From IMG/VR virus record IMGVR_UViG_3300017728_000002, positions 1 to 64,000 of that record: 64,000 bases of DNA. One strand, written 5' to 3'. Origin of the DNA: a virus. Positions 27,037 to 36,030 of the stretch are shown piece by piece. A program made the translations under genes and the position numbers. Under the pieces are notes generated by a model that saw only the letters and a program-made list of their open reading frames with translations, searched no databases and had not been told where the DNA came from. Position 1 is the stretch's first letter; each line of letters starts with the position of its first letter.

Positions 27037-27842
27037 TGAGCGAAAAGATTGTTTACCTGTTGCGTCGTGACAACACCACAAACTTGCCCGATGACGTATA
27101 TGTAGACGCTAAGCGTCGTGTAGGTAGTGTCTTTGACAAGAACGGCAACCTTGTAAAAGGATTGAGCCTTCAAGAGCAAAAGTCTATCCTGCCTCACATC
27201 ATTGGTATGGAGAACAACGATCCTGGATGGAACAACGCAGTGCGTAGGTTTTATGCAGAGATGAGCATTGAAGTTCCTCAGAAGGGAGTGGAGTTTGACA
27301 TTTCAACTGAGGAAGATGGCCGTCCTAATAATCCTATGGATTACGTCAAGTTTCGTTTTGCGATTAACCACCCGCACGTAGCCGAAGAAGAAGACAAGGA
27401 CATCAACGGTACTCGGTACTACTTCTTTGATCCAAAGCAAGACGAGCAAGAGCGTGTGGCTGAAACGCGTCAGCGTAAGGATGCTTACAAGAACTTGATC
27501 TTAATCTGTGAGGATGAAGCCCGTATGGACGTTGTAATGAAAGCCAATGGGGAGTCTGTAACTGACTTGACCAAAGACCAAAAAGAACTGGCGTTAGAAG
27601 AAATGATGGAAGCAGATCCTGCTGAATTTATCCGTATCGCCAACGACAAAGACTTGGAGACAATCGCTTTGATTAAAGAGTGTTTGGACTGCAGTGTTTT
27701 GCGTAAAAGCGGCAACACCTATTTGTATGGTGATGAAGTTCTGGGAGAAGACATGGAACAAACCATTCGTGCTCTGAAGCTTAAGCGCAACAGTGGCATG
27801 CTACAAGACATCAAATCCAAACTTCAAGCCTTTCAATCATGA
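27036..27842 (+). CDS. Conserved crAss-like virion-module protein
   Basis: 268 aa downstream of MCP; ends with G..Y.YG...LG typical of this gene. Confidence 0.7.
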   Translation: MSEKIVYLLRRDNTTNLPDDVYVDAKRRVGSVFDKNGNLVKGLSLQEQKSILPHIIGMENNDPGWNNAVRRFYAEMSIEVPQKGVEFDISTEEDGRPNNPMDYVKFRFAINHPHVAEEEDKDINGTRYYFFDPKQDEQERVAETRQRKDAYKNLILICEDEARMDVVMKANGESVTDLTKDQKELALEEMMEADPAEFIRIANDKDLETIALIKECLDCSVLRKSGNTYLYGDEVLGEDMEQTIRALKLKRNSGMLQDIKSKLQAFQS

Positions 27843-28951
27843 ATCGACGTAGACGCACTAAAGGCTCTTTTCAAACCGACTCTGGTCGGATTGAAGTAGA
27901 GTCACCGCAATTGGCAGACTTTCTAGCCAACCTTTCTGCAGGGGGTGGATCTGGGGTTTTAGAAGAAGACCTTACGGTAACCTTTGATGGGGGCGTAGGG
28001 GCTGCAGGTGAAGGCCAGGTGTTTGAAGCAGGAACCAGCTTAGAAGAAGTTCTGCGCACCATTTGCACCGGCGCTACTGCAACTCCTTCACTGCAAGGGT
28101 TAGAGCTTTTTAGCCCAACTAATGTTTTGCTTACTTCGGGTCTGGGTCAGACGTTCTTGTTTGAAGCCGGTACAGAAGTTATTGCTGCTTCGTATGATGT
28201 AACCTTGGTAAGCCCAGAGAGCTTTGAGCCAGCTGTTAATTCACTTAGCGTAATCCAGGGAGGTACTACATATAACGTAGACGAGAACGAAACAGTCAAT
28301 ACTACAACGTCTGAAATTTCAGGTGATTTTGATGTTACTACATCTCTAGTAGTTGTTGCCAATCAGGTTTCAATGGGGGCAAATGCATCAGGAGACTTTC
28401 CGTTCACCTTTGGAGGCGCCAATACATCTCAAACGGTAACCTTTACTGCTTCTGCTAATTTGCTGGGCGGAGGATCTGAAACTGACACGGTAAAAATGGA
28501 ACATGTGTTGCCCGCGTTTGTGTTGAATCTTAGTGACGCTGAGTGGACAGGCTTGGTGATATACCTTGAAAATGCGCCATCGGCTGTTTCAACTGTAATT
28601 CCAACTTTGGGAACTATTCAGTGTACCAAGCAGACTTTACAGAGCAAAGCTAATTACGACGGAGAGCCATTTAACAATGAAGGGTATGTGGATGCTGCAT
28701 CCCAAGTTCATGTATTGTGCGTGCCGTCAAACACATATCACACAGGAACTCCGGAGGTTGTAAGTATTTCAGGTATAGGGAGTAATGTGGTGTCAGGTGG
28801 GATTAGTCAAGTGTATTCAAATGTTTCTTTGCCTATAGGACCTGCTGGTTTAAACATGATTAGCGTAGATGCCAATCAGGATTACAATTTGTATCGTTTT
28901 GTTAATGTGTCTTCTTTCGTGGAAGACACCCTCACTTTGAACTTCTCGTAA
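27839..28951 (+). CDS. Putative structural/fibre protein (beta-rich)
   Basis: S/T/V/G-rich, 370 aa, in the virion module. Confidence 0.6.
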   Translation: MNRRRRTKGSFQTDSGRIEVESPQLADFLANLSAGGGSGVLEEDLTVTFDGGVGAAGEGQVFEAGTSLEEVLRTICTGATATPSLQGLELFSPTNVLLTSGLGQTFLFEAGTEVIAASYDVTLVSPESFEPAVNSLSVIQGGTTYNVDENETVNTTTSEISGDFDVTTSLVVVANQVSMGANASGDFPFTFGGANTSQTVTFTASANLLGGGSETDTVKMEHVLPAFVLNLSDAEWTGLVIYLENAPSAVSTVIPTLGTIQCTKQTLQSKANYDGEPFNNEGYVDAASQVHVLCVPSNTYHTGTPEVVSISGIGSNVVSGGISQVYSNVSLPIGPAGLNMISVDANQDYNLYRFVNVSSFVEDTLTLNFS

Positions 28952-28954
28952 ATC

Positions 28955-30091
28955 ATGCCTATTAATCTCGTTGACACTCTTGCAACCAGTCAGTTTGCAG
29001 AGCATAACCTTCTAGACCTGTCAGCTAACAACGTCAAGGGAATTGGGTTTTATGACACCTTAAGTGATGTCTTTAATCAAAGATCCAATCAACGTTGCTT
29101 AGGGTTTTTGGCATGTGTATCTGGAACTGAGTCACAAGCTGTGTATCAATACACGGCTACAACACTAGACACTTGGACCAGTCCTGACAGTTGGACTCAG
29201 TTAGGAGGGGCTGTTTCAGAAAGTTCTGATACAGGGTTGTCGCCGTACACAATGGACTTAAAGACCACCACGTCTTTAGCCGGAAAATACGATATAGCTT
29301 TAGCTCCTTTCTATACAGATTTTTCTAAAGTTCCTACCACGTTTGAGCTGCGGTTTGACAGCAAAAATAGCTTTCCGTATGACATCAATACGCGAGGCTT
29401 GCATTCAGAAGCGCCTCAGTACGCTGAGCGGTGGACGCACTCTACAGGACCTTTTGTAGGTAAATTATCTTCAGATGTGTTGCCTGGACAAGTGTTTGTT
29501 AAAATGCGTGCAAGCTGGGGCACTGAGTTCAATGATTTGACTCACTCAGGAACTGTCGGGTGGAACGGATTAAGTGGAGACGCTTTGTCTCAAGCAGCTA
29601 CAGGAACTTGGGTAGCATCTGGCGGTACAGCCGCAGAGATAGAGCTTAGAGCTTTTCTAGAAGGGCTACCTCCGGTAAAGGATACTTTGCACTGGTTGTA
29701 CATAGGAGACTATCTAAGTTCTCCCTTGTACCTCCTTCATGATCCAAGTGCAGGAGCTCAATCTGGAACTCAAGACATCAGTAGCATAGCAGCTAAGTGG
29801 ACGCCTGTGAATGCGGCTTTGATGAGTTTGAATGTAACTCGAGCTGCTTCAGGGGGCGCTGTAACTCCTGATACAAGTAGCAATTTTCAAATCACTTACC
29901 CGGACACTAAGCGTGCAAGCTTGTTGACTGTTGGCACAAGTCGCGAAAATGGTTTTTCTACTGTTGATGACTTGTTAAACATGCGTATGGTCATTACGCT
30001 GAATCCTATTTTCCAAACGTTTGCAGAAAACTACTTGGCAACTGCATTTCCGCAGATTGAGTTTGATGCACAGATCTACGTGGAACTGTGA
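28955..30091 (+). CDS. Putative structural/fibre-associated protein
   Basis: 378 aa in the virion module. Confidence 0.6.
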   Translation: MPINLVDTLATSQFAEHNLLDLSANNVKGIGFYDTLSDVFNQRSNQRCLGFLACVSGTESQAVYQYTATTLDTWTSPDSWTQLGGAVSESSDTGLSPYTMDLKTTTSLAGKYDIALAPFYTDFSKVPTTFELRFDSKNSFPYDINTRGLHSEAPQYAERWTHSTGPFVGKLSSDVLPGQVFVKMRASWGTEFNDLTHSGTVGWNGLSGDALSQAATGTWVASGGTAAEIELRAFLEGLPPVKDTLHWLYIGDYLSSPLYLLHDPSAGAQSGTQDISSIAAKWTPVNAALMSLNVTRAASGGAVTPDTSSNFQITYPDTKRASLLTVGTSRENGFSTVDDLLNMRMVITLNPIFQTFAENYLATAFPQIEFDAQIYVEL

Positions 30092-30777
30092 CTGTTCAAG
30101 AACTTCACTACGCCATAGATCAAGGTTTGCAAAAAGTAGGCAGCTATGCCTATGACAACTTTTTAGCAGACGAGATTGACTTTTGGTTGAACAGGGCTCA
30201 AGAGCGGTTTATTAAAGACCGGGCTTTTGCGCACTCAGACCTAAAGCAATTGGGGTTTGTAGCCAATCAAAAACGGTTAGACGACTTGCGTCAAATCCTT
30301 GCAATTGATTATGTAGATACAGCGCCTGCTTCAGCTGGTGTAGAGTTTCAGGTATATGATTTGCCTGTAGACTACATGTACATGGTCAACATCAGGGCTC
30401 AGATCCGCAAGGATGCATGTGAACCTGCAACCCTAGCTAGTGCGGCAGATACTGTACCTGTTAGGGTTGTAGACAACAGTGAAGTTTATTTTCTACAACA
30501 AGATCCTTTTGCTCGAAGTCAGGTTAGTACACCCCTGGCTATCCTTAATCAGTTGGATATCAAGGTATTTCAAGACAACGAAAGTTTCATATTAGAAGGG
30601 ATTTCACTCGATTACATTAGGGTGCCTCAGGAAATTGACTTACAATTAAATCAGACCAGCGAGTTGGCGGAGCATACTCATCAAGAGATAGTAGACATTG
30701 CTACCAAAAACATTTTAGAAGCAATTGAGTCGCCACGCTATCAGAGCAACACCAACGAGCTAAACACTTCTGAATAA
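30088..30777 (+). CDS. Tail ring / head-tail adaptor protein
   Basis: EIDFWLNRAQ..F, Y.R.P and L.EHTHQEIVD.A motifs of crAss ring proteins. Confidence 0.75.
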   Translation: MTVQELHYAIDQGLQKVGSYAYDNFLADEIDFWLNRAQERFIKDRAFAHSDLKQLGFVANQKRLDDLRQILAIDYVDTAPASAGVEFQVYDLPVDYMYMVNIRAQIRKDACEPATLASAADTVPVRVVDNSEVYFLQQDPFARSQVSTPLAILNQLDIKVFQDNESFILEGISLDYIRVPQEIDLQLNQTSELAEHTHQEIVDIATKNILEAIESPRYQSNTNELNTSE

Positions 30778-30795
30778 CCCCTAACTCTCTACACC

Positions 30796-31590
30796 ATGGC
30801 TAACACCAAACGCACTGTGTTGATCTGTCCAACCGCAAAGCTGGATCAATGTGTCAACGTTAAAAACCAAGCAGCTCCCATTACCCTCGAGGAAATGGGC
30901 GTACCTGCTGCAGAAATTACATCCGATGAAGTAAACACTACTTCATCGTATGCTTCAAATCAAGTTGATGATGAGTACAATCTAGGTACTGCAGGCTACA
31001 CAGATGTTGATTTTAGTGCTCTTGTAGCTAGTAATTTTACTGGCGACTTTGAGATCTTGATTATTGACATGACTGAAGGTCGTGAGGCATTTCCTCGCCG
31101 GACTTACACAGCTGCAACTTTGGCTGATCTTCAAACTGTTATCCAAAATTCTACCTTGGAAGCTGGAGATGGTAAGACGTACACAGCAACGCTTGACAAT
31201 TCAAACAACACGATTAGAGTAACATACCCCTTGGGTGTGATTGCTAAAGTCGCTGCAAGCGATGGTGCTGCTTTGACTGCAGCTGCAGCAACGCTGCCTG
31301 CAGGTTACACTACAGTGACTGCAATGGCATATTTGAAAGATGCCATTACCGATCAGTACGGACGTACTAACCGGATCAAGTTTCCTGTAATTGAGCCGGA
31401 TGTAGCTGTAGCGTTGACTGAGGCAAACGCAGCTGCTTCAGGTGCTAGCACTTGGGATTTGCACGTTTTCACAAAAGTGAGTGAGGTCAAGTTTGACAAG
31501 AACACGGCTAACAGCTACCAAGACGTAGAGACGTTTGAAATCTTGGTTCCTGCTGGTCTTGCTCTTCCTTTCGGAAACGTGACTGTATAA
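30796..31590 (+). CDS. Putative auxiliary capsid/structural protein
   Basis: Ala/Thr-rich, highly biased codons, own terminator. Confidence 0.55.
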   Translation: MANTKRTVLICPTAKLDQCVNVKNQAAPITLEEMGVPAAEITSDEVNTTSSYASNQVDDEYNLGTAGYTDVDFSALVASNFTGDFEILIIDMTEGREAFPRRTYTAATLADLQTVIQNSTLEAGDGKTYTATLDNSNNTIRVTYPLGVIAKVAASDGAALTAAAATLPAGYTTVTAMAYLKDAITDQYGRTNRIKFPVIEPDVAVALTEANAAASGASTWDLHVFTKVSEVKFDKNTANSYQDVETFEILVPAGLALPFGNVTV

Positions 31591-31614
31591 ACCTTAAGGT
31601 TGTTTTCAATTGCA

Positions 31615-31648
31615 AAGGGGGTGGGGGAGACTCTGCCCCTTTTTATTT
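31615..31648 (+). terminator. Rho-independent terminator
   Basis: aagggggtgg...ctgcccctt followed by a T-tract. Confidence 0.65.
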
Positions 31649-31657
31649 TAATCTACA

Positions 31658-32263
31658 ATGGGACAGACATACACTCGGTGGAGTAAAAACACCACTTCGA
31701 TTACAGGGTCACTGCACATTCAGGCGCAAGACTCTTTTCAAGCACCCAACTTTGTATTCGTCTTTCCCAACGGGGATTACTTCTCACAAACCAGTGCGCA
31801 GGCTTCAAACGAAACATACATTTTAGCAGGCACTCAAGCGTTGTTTGTAGTGAATGCACCTCTGCTAGTACAGAATGATACTTACCCTGCAGACAACGGA
31901 GAGTTCTTTAATGCTTTAGATGAAACCATTGCATTCACGCGTACAACCATTGAGCAGGGCGTGTACTACTTCTCAGCTACTCAAGGGTCTGACATAGAGC
32001 AGCAGTACGTAATCATGATGCCTGACATTGAAGAGGCTATGGTTACGCTTGCACAAAAGCTTTTGGATACCCAATGTGCATGCCAAATGAACCGAAGTGT
32101 AATGGACAACTACATTAAGGCAAAAGCCATGCAGCAGTTGATCTATTCTAAAGTTGCCGATCAAGGGGTAACGTTGAGCACTACGTTCTTAGCTGATGTG
32201 AATGCGGATGTAACTGTTTTGCATGACTTTATGCAAGGCACAAGCGAGATTTGCGGATGTTGA
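31658..32263 (+). CDS. Putative tail hub/structural protein
   Basis: C.C motif and C-terminal CGC as in crAss tail hub proteins. Confidence 0.55.
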   Translation: MGQTYTRWSKNTTSITGSLHIQAQDSFQAPNFVFVFPNGDYFSQTSAQASNETYILAGTQALFVVNAPLLVQNDTYPADNGEFFNALDETIAFTRTTIEQGVYYFSATQGSDIEQQYVIMMPDIEEAMVTLAQKLLDTQCACQMNRSVMDNYIKAKAMQQLIYSKVADQGVTLSTTFLADVNADVTVLHDFMQGTSEICGC

Positions 32264-32445
32264 TGTATCCAGGCGCAGACCATTACGCTGAAAGTCAAGT
32301 TGCTCAATCTGCACGAGCCGTAGTAAAACTTGATTTGCCGGAAAAGTCATTTATGATTGGCCTCTTGGCAGACATTGAACAGGCCCAGGGAAGCTTGTCG
32401 TTGAAGGTTAATGAGATCAATTCACAGGATATCTTAAACCCGTAA
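32263..32445 (+). CDS. Hypothetical protein (60 aa)
   Basis: TGATG overlap with the upstream stop. Confidence 0.5.
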   Translation: MYPGADHYAESQVAQSARAVVKLDLPEKSFMIGLLADIEQAQGSLSLKVNEINSQDILNP

Positions 32446-32483
32446 GGCTTTATACCTTATATTAAAGTGAGCTTAAAGCTCAC

Positions 32484-33731
32484 ATGACACTAACAGATAT
32501 CATTAAGCGATACGTCGCTGATTGGCCAAACGACAGCAATCGCAAGTTGGCCAGTATGATTTTAGAATTAGAAGATTCAGTAGAACTGAAGCACCGAACT
32601 CTACGGCGCAAGATCTCTGAGTACAAAGCAGCCAGTACCAACCCTCAGCATCGCATGCACCATCAGGTGTCACGCACTGATTCAGGGGGTAAGCAAGAGT
32701 TGTCTTACCGAGGCTCTCGAAGCATAAGCAGCTTAGAAGAAGCAATTGAGTTCTTTGATGTAGATACCACTCAGTGGGAAGTTGCCAGTTGGACAGCCAA
32801 TAGCTGGGATACAGGCGACTCGACAAACTACCAAGTCAAGCTCAAGCTGACTCCGCGACAAACCCTGCACAGCACTACTGCGGAGGTTCTTCTAGAATCT
32901 TATCGCAAGAGTATTCAAGAGTTTCAACCGCGCATAGTCAAAGGCAGCGGAACCGGCGTTTTAGTTCTGGCAGACTTTCATATAGGCAGCAAAGTCCAAG
33001 GACTTAAGCTGACTGATGATTTTGGGTACGATGTAATCATTGACCGGTTGGACCAGGCGGCGAGGCAAATGAATAGACTTCAATACGAAGCCGTCGAGAT
33101 CGTAATGCTTGGGGATTTCATTGAAAGCTTTACCGGCTTGAACCATCCGAACAGCTGGCAAGAACTCGAGTACGGCGGCTATGGCTCCAATATCGTAATT
33201 CTGGCTTACAAGATCCTCCGGGACTTTATGGATAAGGTCCACAACCTCTCTGCGGTTAGCATAGTAAGCGGAAATCATGATCGAACAAGCATCAAGACCG
33301 ACCTCGATGCGAAAGGCGGCGTTGCTCAGCTTTTGTCTTTTATGCTGAAAGAGAGTAATCCGATGTTGGCTGTAGAGTGGGATCCGCTCATCCTCTCTAA
33401 ACAGATTGATGGTATTCAATACATCATGTCGCACAACCATCAGGGTATTACGAAAAACGATATGACTAAAGTCTTTTGGGAGCATGGGGTTCAGGGTAAT
33501 TACAATATGCTGCTAGGAGGGCATTGGCACAGTCGCCGGAGTAAAAAGCAATTCCGTACAGAAGACACCATCCACTGGGATCAAGCTAACTATCGAGCTT
33601 TGAGTGTAGCACCTCTCTTTACAGGAAATTTTTACAGCGAGTCTAACGGATGGTCAAGTTCTAGTGGTATAACAATTATTGAAAACAACGGCGCTGGAAA
33701 GCCCAATGTTTACGACATAACACTTACGTAA
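32484..33731 (+). CDS. Calcineurin-like metallophosphoesterase with N-terminal extension
   Basis: DFH, GD, GNHD, H and GHWH motifs. Confidence 0.85.
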   Translation: MTLTDIIKRYVADWPNDSNRKLASMILELEDSVELKHRTLRRKISEYKAASTNPQHRMHHQVSRTDSGGKQELSYRGSRSISSLEEAIEFFDVDTTQWEVASWTANSWDTGDSTNYQVKLKLTPRQTLHSTTAEVLLESYRKSIQEFQPRIVKGSGTGVLVLADFHIGSKVQGLKLTDDFGYDVIIDRLDQAARQMNRLQYEAVEIVMLGDFIESFTGLNHPNSWQELEYGGYGSNIVILAYKILRDFMDKVHNLSAVSIVSGNHDRTSIKTDLDAKGGVAQLLSFMLKESNPMLAVEWDPLILSKQIDGIQYIMSHNHQGITKNDMTKVFWEHGVQGNYNMLLGGHWHSRRSKKQFRTEDTIHWDQANYRALSVAPLFTGNFYSESNGWSSSSGITIIENNGAGKPNVYDITLT

Positions 33732-34096
33732 TGGCTGCAGGCAAGTACAATATCCAAGCTGAAAAAAACGAAGCCCTGGTTATCCTTATGACTTATAAGG
33801 ATGATGCAGACCAGCCGTTAGACTTGACTGACACTGTTGTGTATTTGACTTTAAAAAGCAACACTGCAGATCCTCTAGGAGTGGTCACTACTGAAGCTTC
33901 TTTTAATCCTATGACGCTGTTGATTACAGACGCTCTAAACGGTGAGTTTAAGATTGACCTTAACAAGACTATTATAAACTCTATTCCTTTTAGTCAAGGA
34001 ATCTACTACATTGATTTAGAGGGAAGTGCGCCAACAAGTTTAAACACTCGACTGGTTGAAGGTAAGTTTCAAATCGTAGCCAATAGCTCGTACTAA
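33731..34096 (+). CDS. Fibre base/adaptor protein (Ig-like)
   Basis: MAAGKYNI...PLDLT...Y.IDL...RLVEGKF.I pattern found before tail fibres. Confidence 0.6.
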   Translation: MAAGKYNIQAEKNEALVILMTYKDDADQPLDLTDTVVYLTLKSNTADPLGVVTTEASFNPMTLLITDALNGEFKIDLNKTIINSIPFSQGIYYIDLEGSAPTSLNTRLVEGKFQIVANSSY

Positions 34097-36030
34097 TGTC
34101 TAGTCTAACCATTACTCAACTTAGTCCAGCACCTAACGCTGTTGTGGTGCAAGGAGTCATCACAAACAATACCGTGGTGATCAACCCTTTGTCTGTCACC
34201 AATTACCTAGAGGCCATTCCTGGTCCTGTTGGTGCTGAAGGGCCACAAGGTGTTCAAGGTCCAATAGGCAATACAGGTCCTGCAGGTCCTACATACACGG
34301 TGTCTTGTGTAGATGGAGACAATTTAGATGAAGAGAAAATCCGTTTGACCGCAAGCACTGGTGATACTGATGACGTGGTTTTAGAGGCTGGGACAGGTTT
34401 GAGTATTGCTCGTAATTCAGACAAGATTACGTTGACTCTAGATACGTCATCAGGACTAAATGTGACAGGAGACATTGTGGTTTCAGGAACTGTTGACGGA
34501 GTTAATGTTGCTACAGATGTTGCTGCCAACACCGCTAAAGTGAGTGCGGACGGCTTGGTCACTACGCACAATGATGTCAGCGATGCAGGCAGTGGAGCCA
34601 TTATTACAGACCTTGAGCGTACCAAGTTGAATGGCGTTGAGGCCGCAGCTACTGCAGACCAGACGGGAGCTGAGATTAAGACTTCTTACGAGGCAGAGAC
34701 AAAAGCTTTTACGGACGCTCAGTTCGACAAGCTTGCTGGGGTTGCAGACAACGCGACAGCGAACCAAACGGACGCCCACTTGCTGGCACGTGTTAACCAC
34801 ACCGGAACACAACTTGCTTCAACGATCAGTGACTTTGACTCTGCAGTTGCTGCCAACACAGATGTTGCGGCAAATACTGCAAAGACAGGCATAAGCTCAG
34901 GACAAGCAAGCGAGATTACAGCGAACACAGCTAAGGTTACTTTCCCAGGATTTGGAACAACGTCGGGTACGGCGTTAGAGGGAGATACATCACTGTTTAG
35001 TGGTGCATACGCAGACCTAACAGGAAAACCGTCGTTGTTTGACGGGTCGTATGCAAGCCTGACCTCAGTTCCTAGCACATTTAATCCTGCCGCTCATAGC
35101 CACGCAATATCTGAAATCACATCTCTGCAAACCACTCTTAATGGCCTTATACCTTATTCAGGGGCTTCTTCAAATGTTAACTTAAATTCTAAGACGCTAA
35201 CTGGGGTAAGCAGCATTACTTCAAGTTCGGCTCTTTTTGGAGCATCTCCTGCCAGCCTTAGGGCCTTTAATATTAAGGGAACGGGTCTAGACGGAAGACT
35301 GTCACTACAAGGTGGTTCTGGTGATTTTCCAGGCCTAGAGATGACAACAAACGGCAATGCTTCCAGGGTGTTGCTTAGGATGGCTGAAATTGGAACTGAC
35401 GGCACGTCCTTACAAATCTTTACGGAGCCAGAGGGAGGGGGTATAGCAAAACACTTAGAGGTTGACGACGATGGTACGCTATATGTTTTTCCATCAGGAA
35501 CCGCAGCAGCCACGGCAGGTGATGCAGGTTTTAAGAATAACTCAGGAACTATGCAGTTCAAGAACTCTAGCGGGTCTTGGACAGACATTCCTTCTAGTGG
35601 TGGGTCTACTAACGAACTAGACGGTCAGTCAATAGAAATTATCACTAGGAGCAGTGCTTATGCCAACAACACTTGGGAAGGCGAGGTCGTGAAATTTGGA
35701 AGTGACACTTTAGTTCAGAACAAATTTTACGTTCATACTTCTTCTGGCTGGGTCACTGCTGACGCAGATGTCGAAGCTAACACCAAAGGTTTGTTTGGCA
35801 TTGCATTGGGGACTTCGTCAGCTACTGATGGCCTTCTTGTCAAAGGCATACACTCAAGCAACGCTCATGCATTTTCAGCTGGAGACACATTGTATGTAGG
35901 AACAACAGAAGGTACTGTAACGACTACCGTTCCTTCAACTCCTGGTGAATATGTAAGAGTTGTAGGTTACGTCTTGTCTAGCTCTTACATCTACATAAAC
36001 CCGTCACCTGACTATATCGAGATTGCTTAA
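34096..36030 (+). CDS. Tail fibre protein with short collagen-like segment
   Basis: GPVGAEGPQGVQGPIGNTGPAGP, repeated ANTAK, KL.G..A.A fibre repeats. Confidence 0.8.
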   Translation: MSSLTITQLSPAPNAVVVQGVITNNTVVINPLSVTNYLEAIPGPVGAEGPQGVQGPIGNTGPAGPTYTVSCVDGDNLDEEKIRLTASTGDTDDVVLEAGTGLSIARNSDKITLTLDTSSGLNVTGDIVVSGTVDGVNVATDVAANTAKVSADGLVTTHNDVSDAGSGAIITDLERTKLNGVEAAATADQTGAEIKTSYEAETKAFTDAQFDKLAGVADNATANQTDAHLLARVNHTGTQLASTISDFDSAVAANTDVAANTAKTGISSGQASEITANTAKVTFPGFGTTSGTALEGDTSLFSGAYADLTGKPSLFDGSYASLTSVPSTFNPAAHSHAISEITSLQTTLNGLIPYSGASSNVNLNSKTLTGVSSITSSSALFGASPASLRAFNIKGTGLDGRLSLQGGSGDFPGLEMTTNGNASRVLLRMAEIGTDGTSLQIFTEPEGGGIAKHLEVDDDGTLYVFPSGTAAATAGDAGFKNNSGTMQFKNSSGSWTDIPSSGGSTNELDGQSIEIITRSSAYANNTWEGEVVKFGSDTLVQNKFYVHTSSGWVTADADVEANTKGLFGIALGTSSATDGLLVKGIHSSNAHAFSAGDTLYVGTTEGTVTTTVPSTPGEYVRVVGYVLSSSYIYINPSPDYIEIA

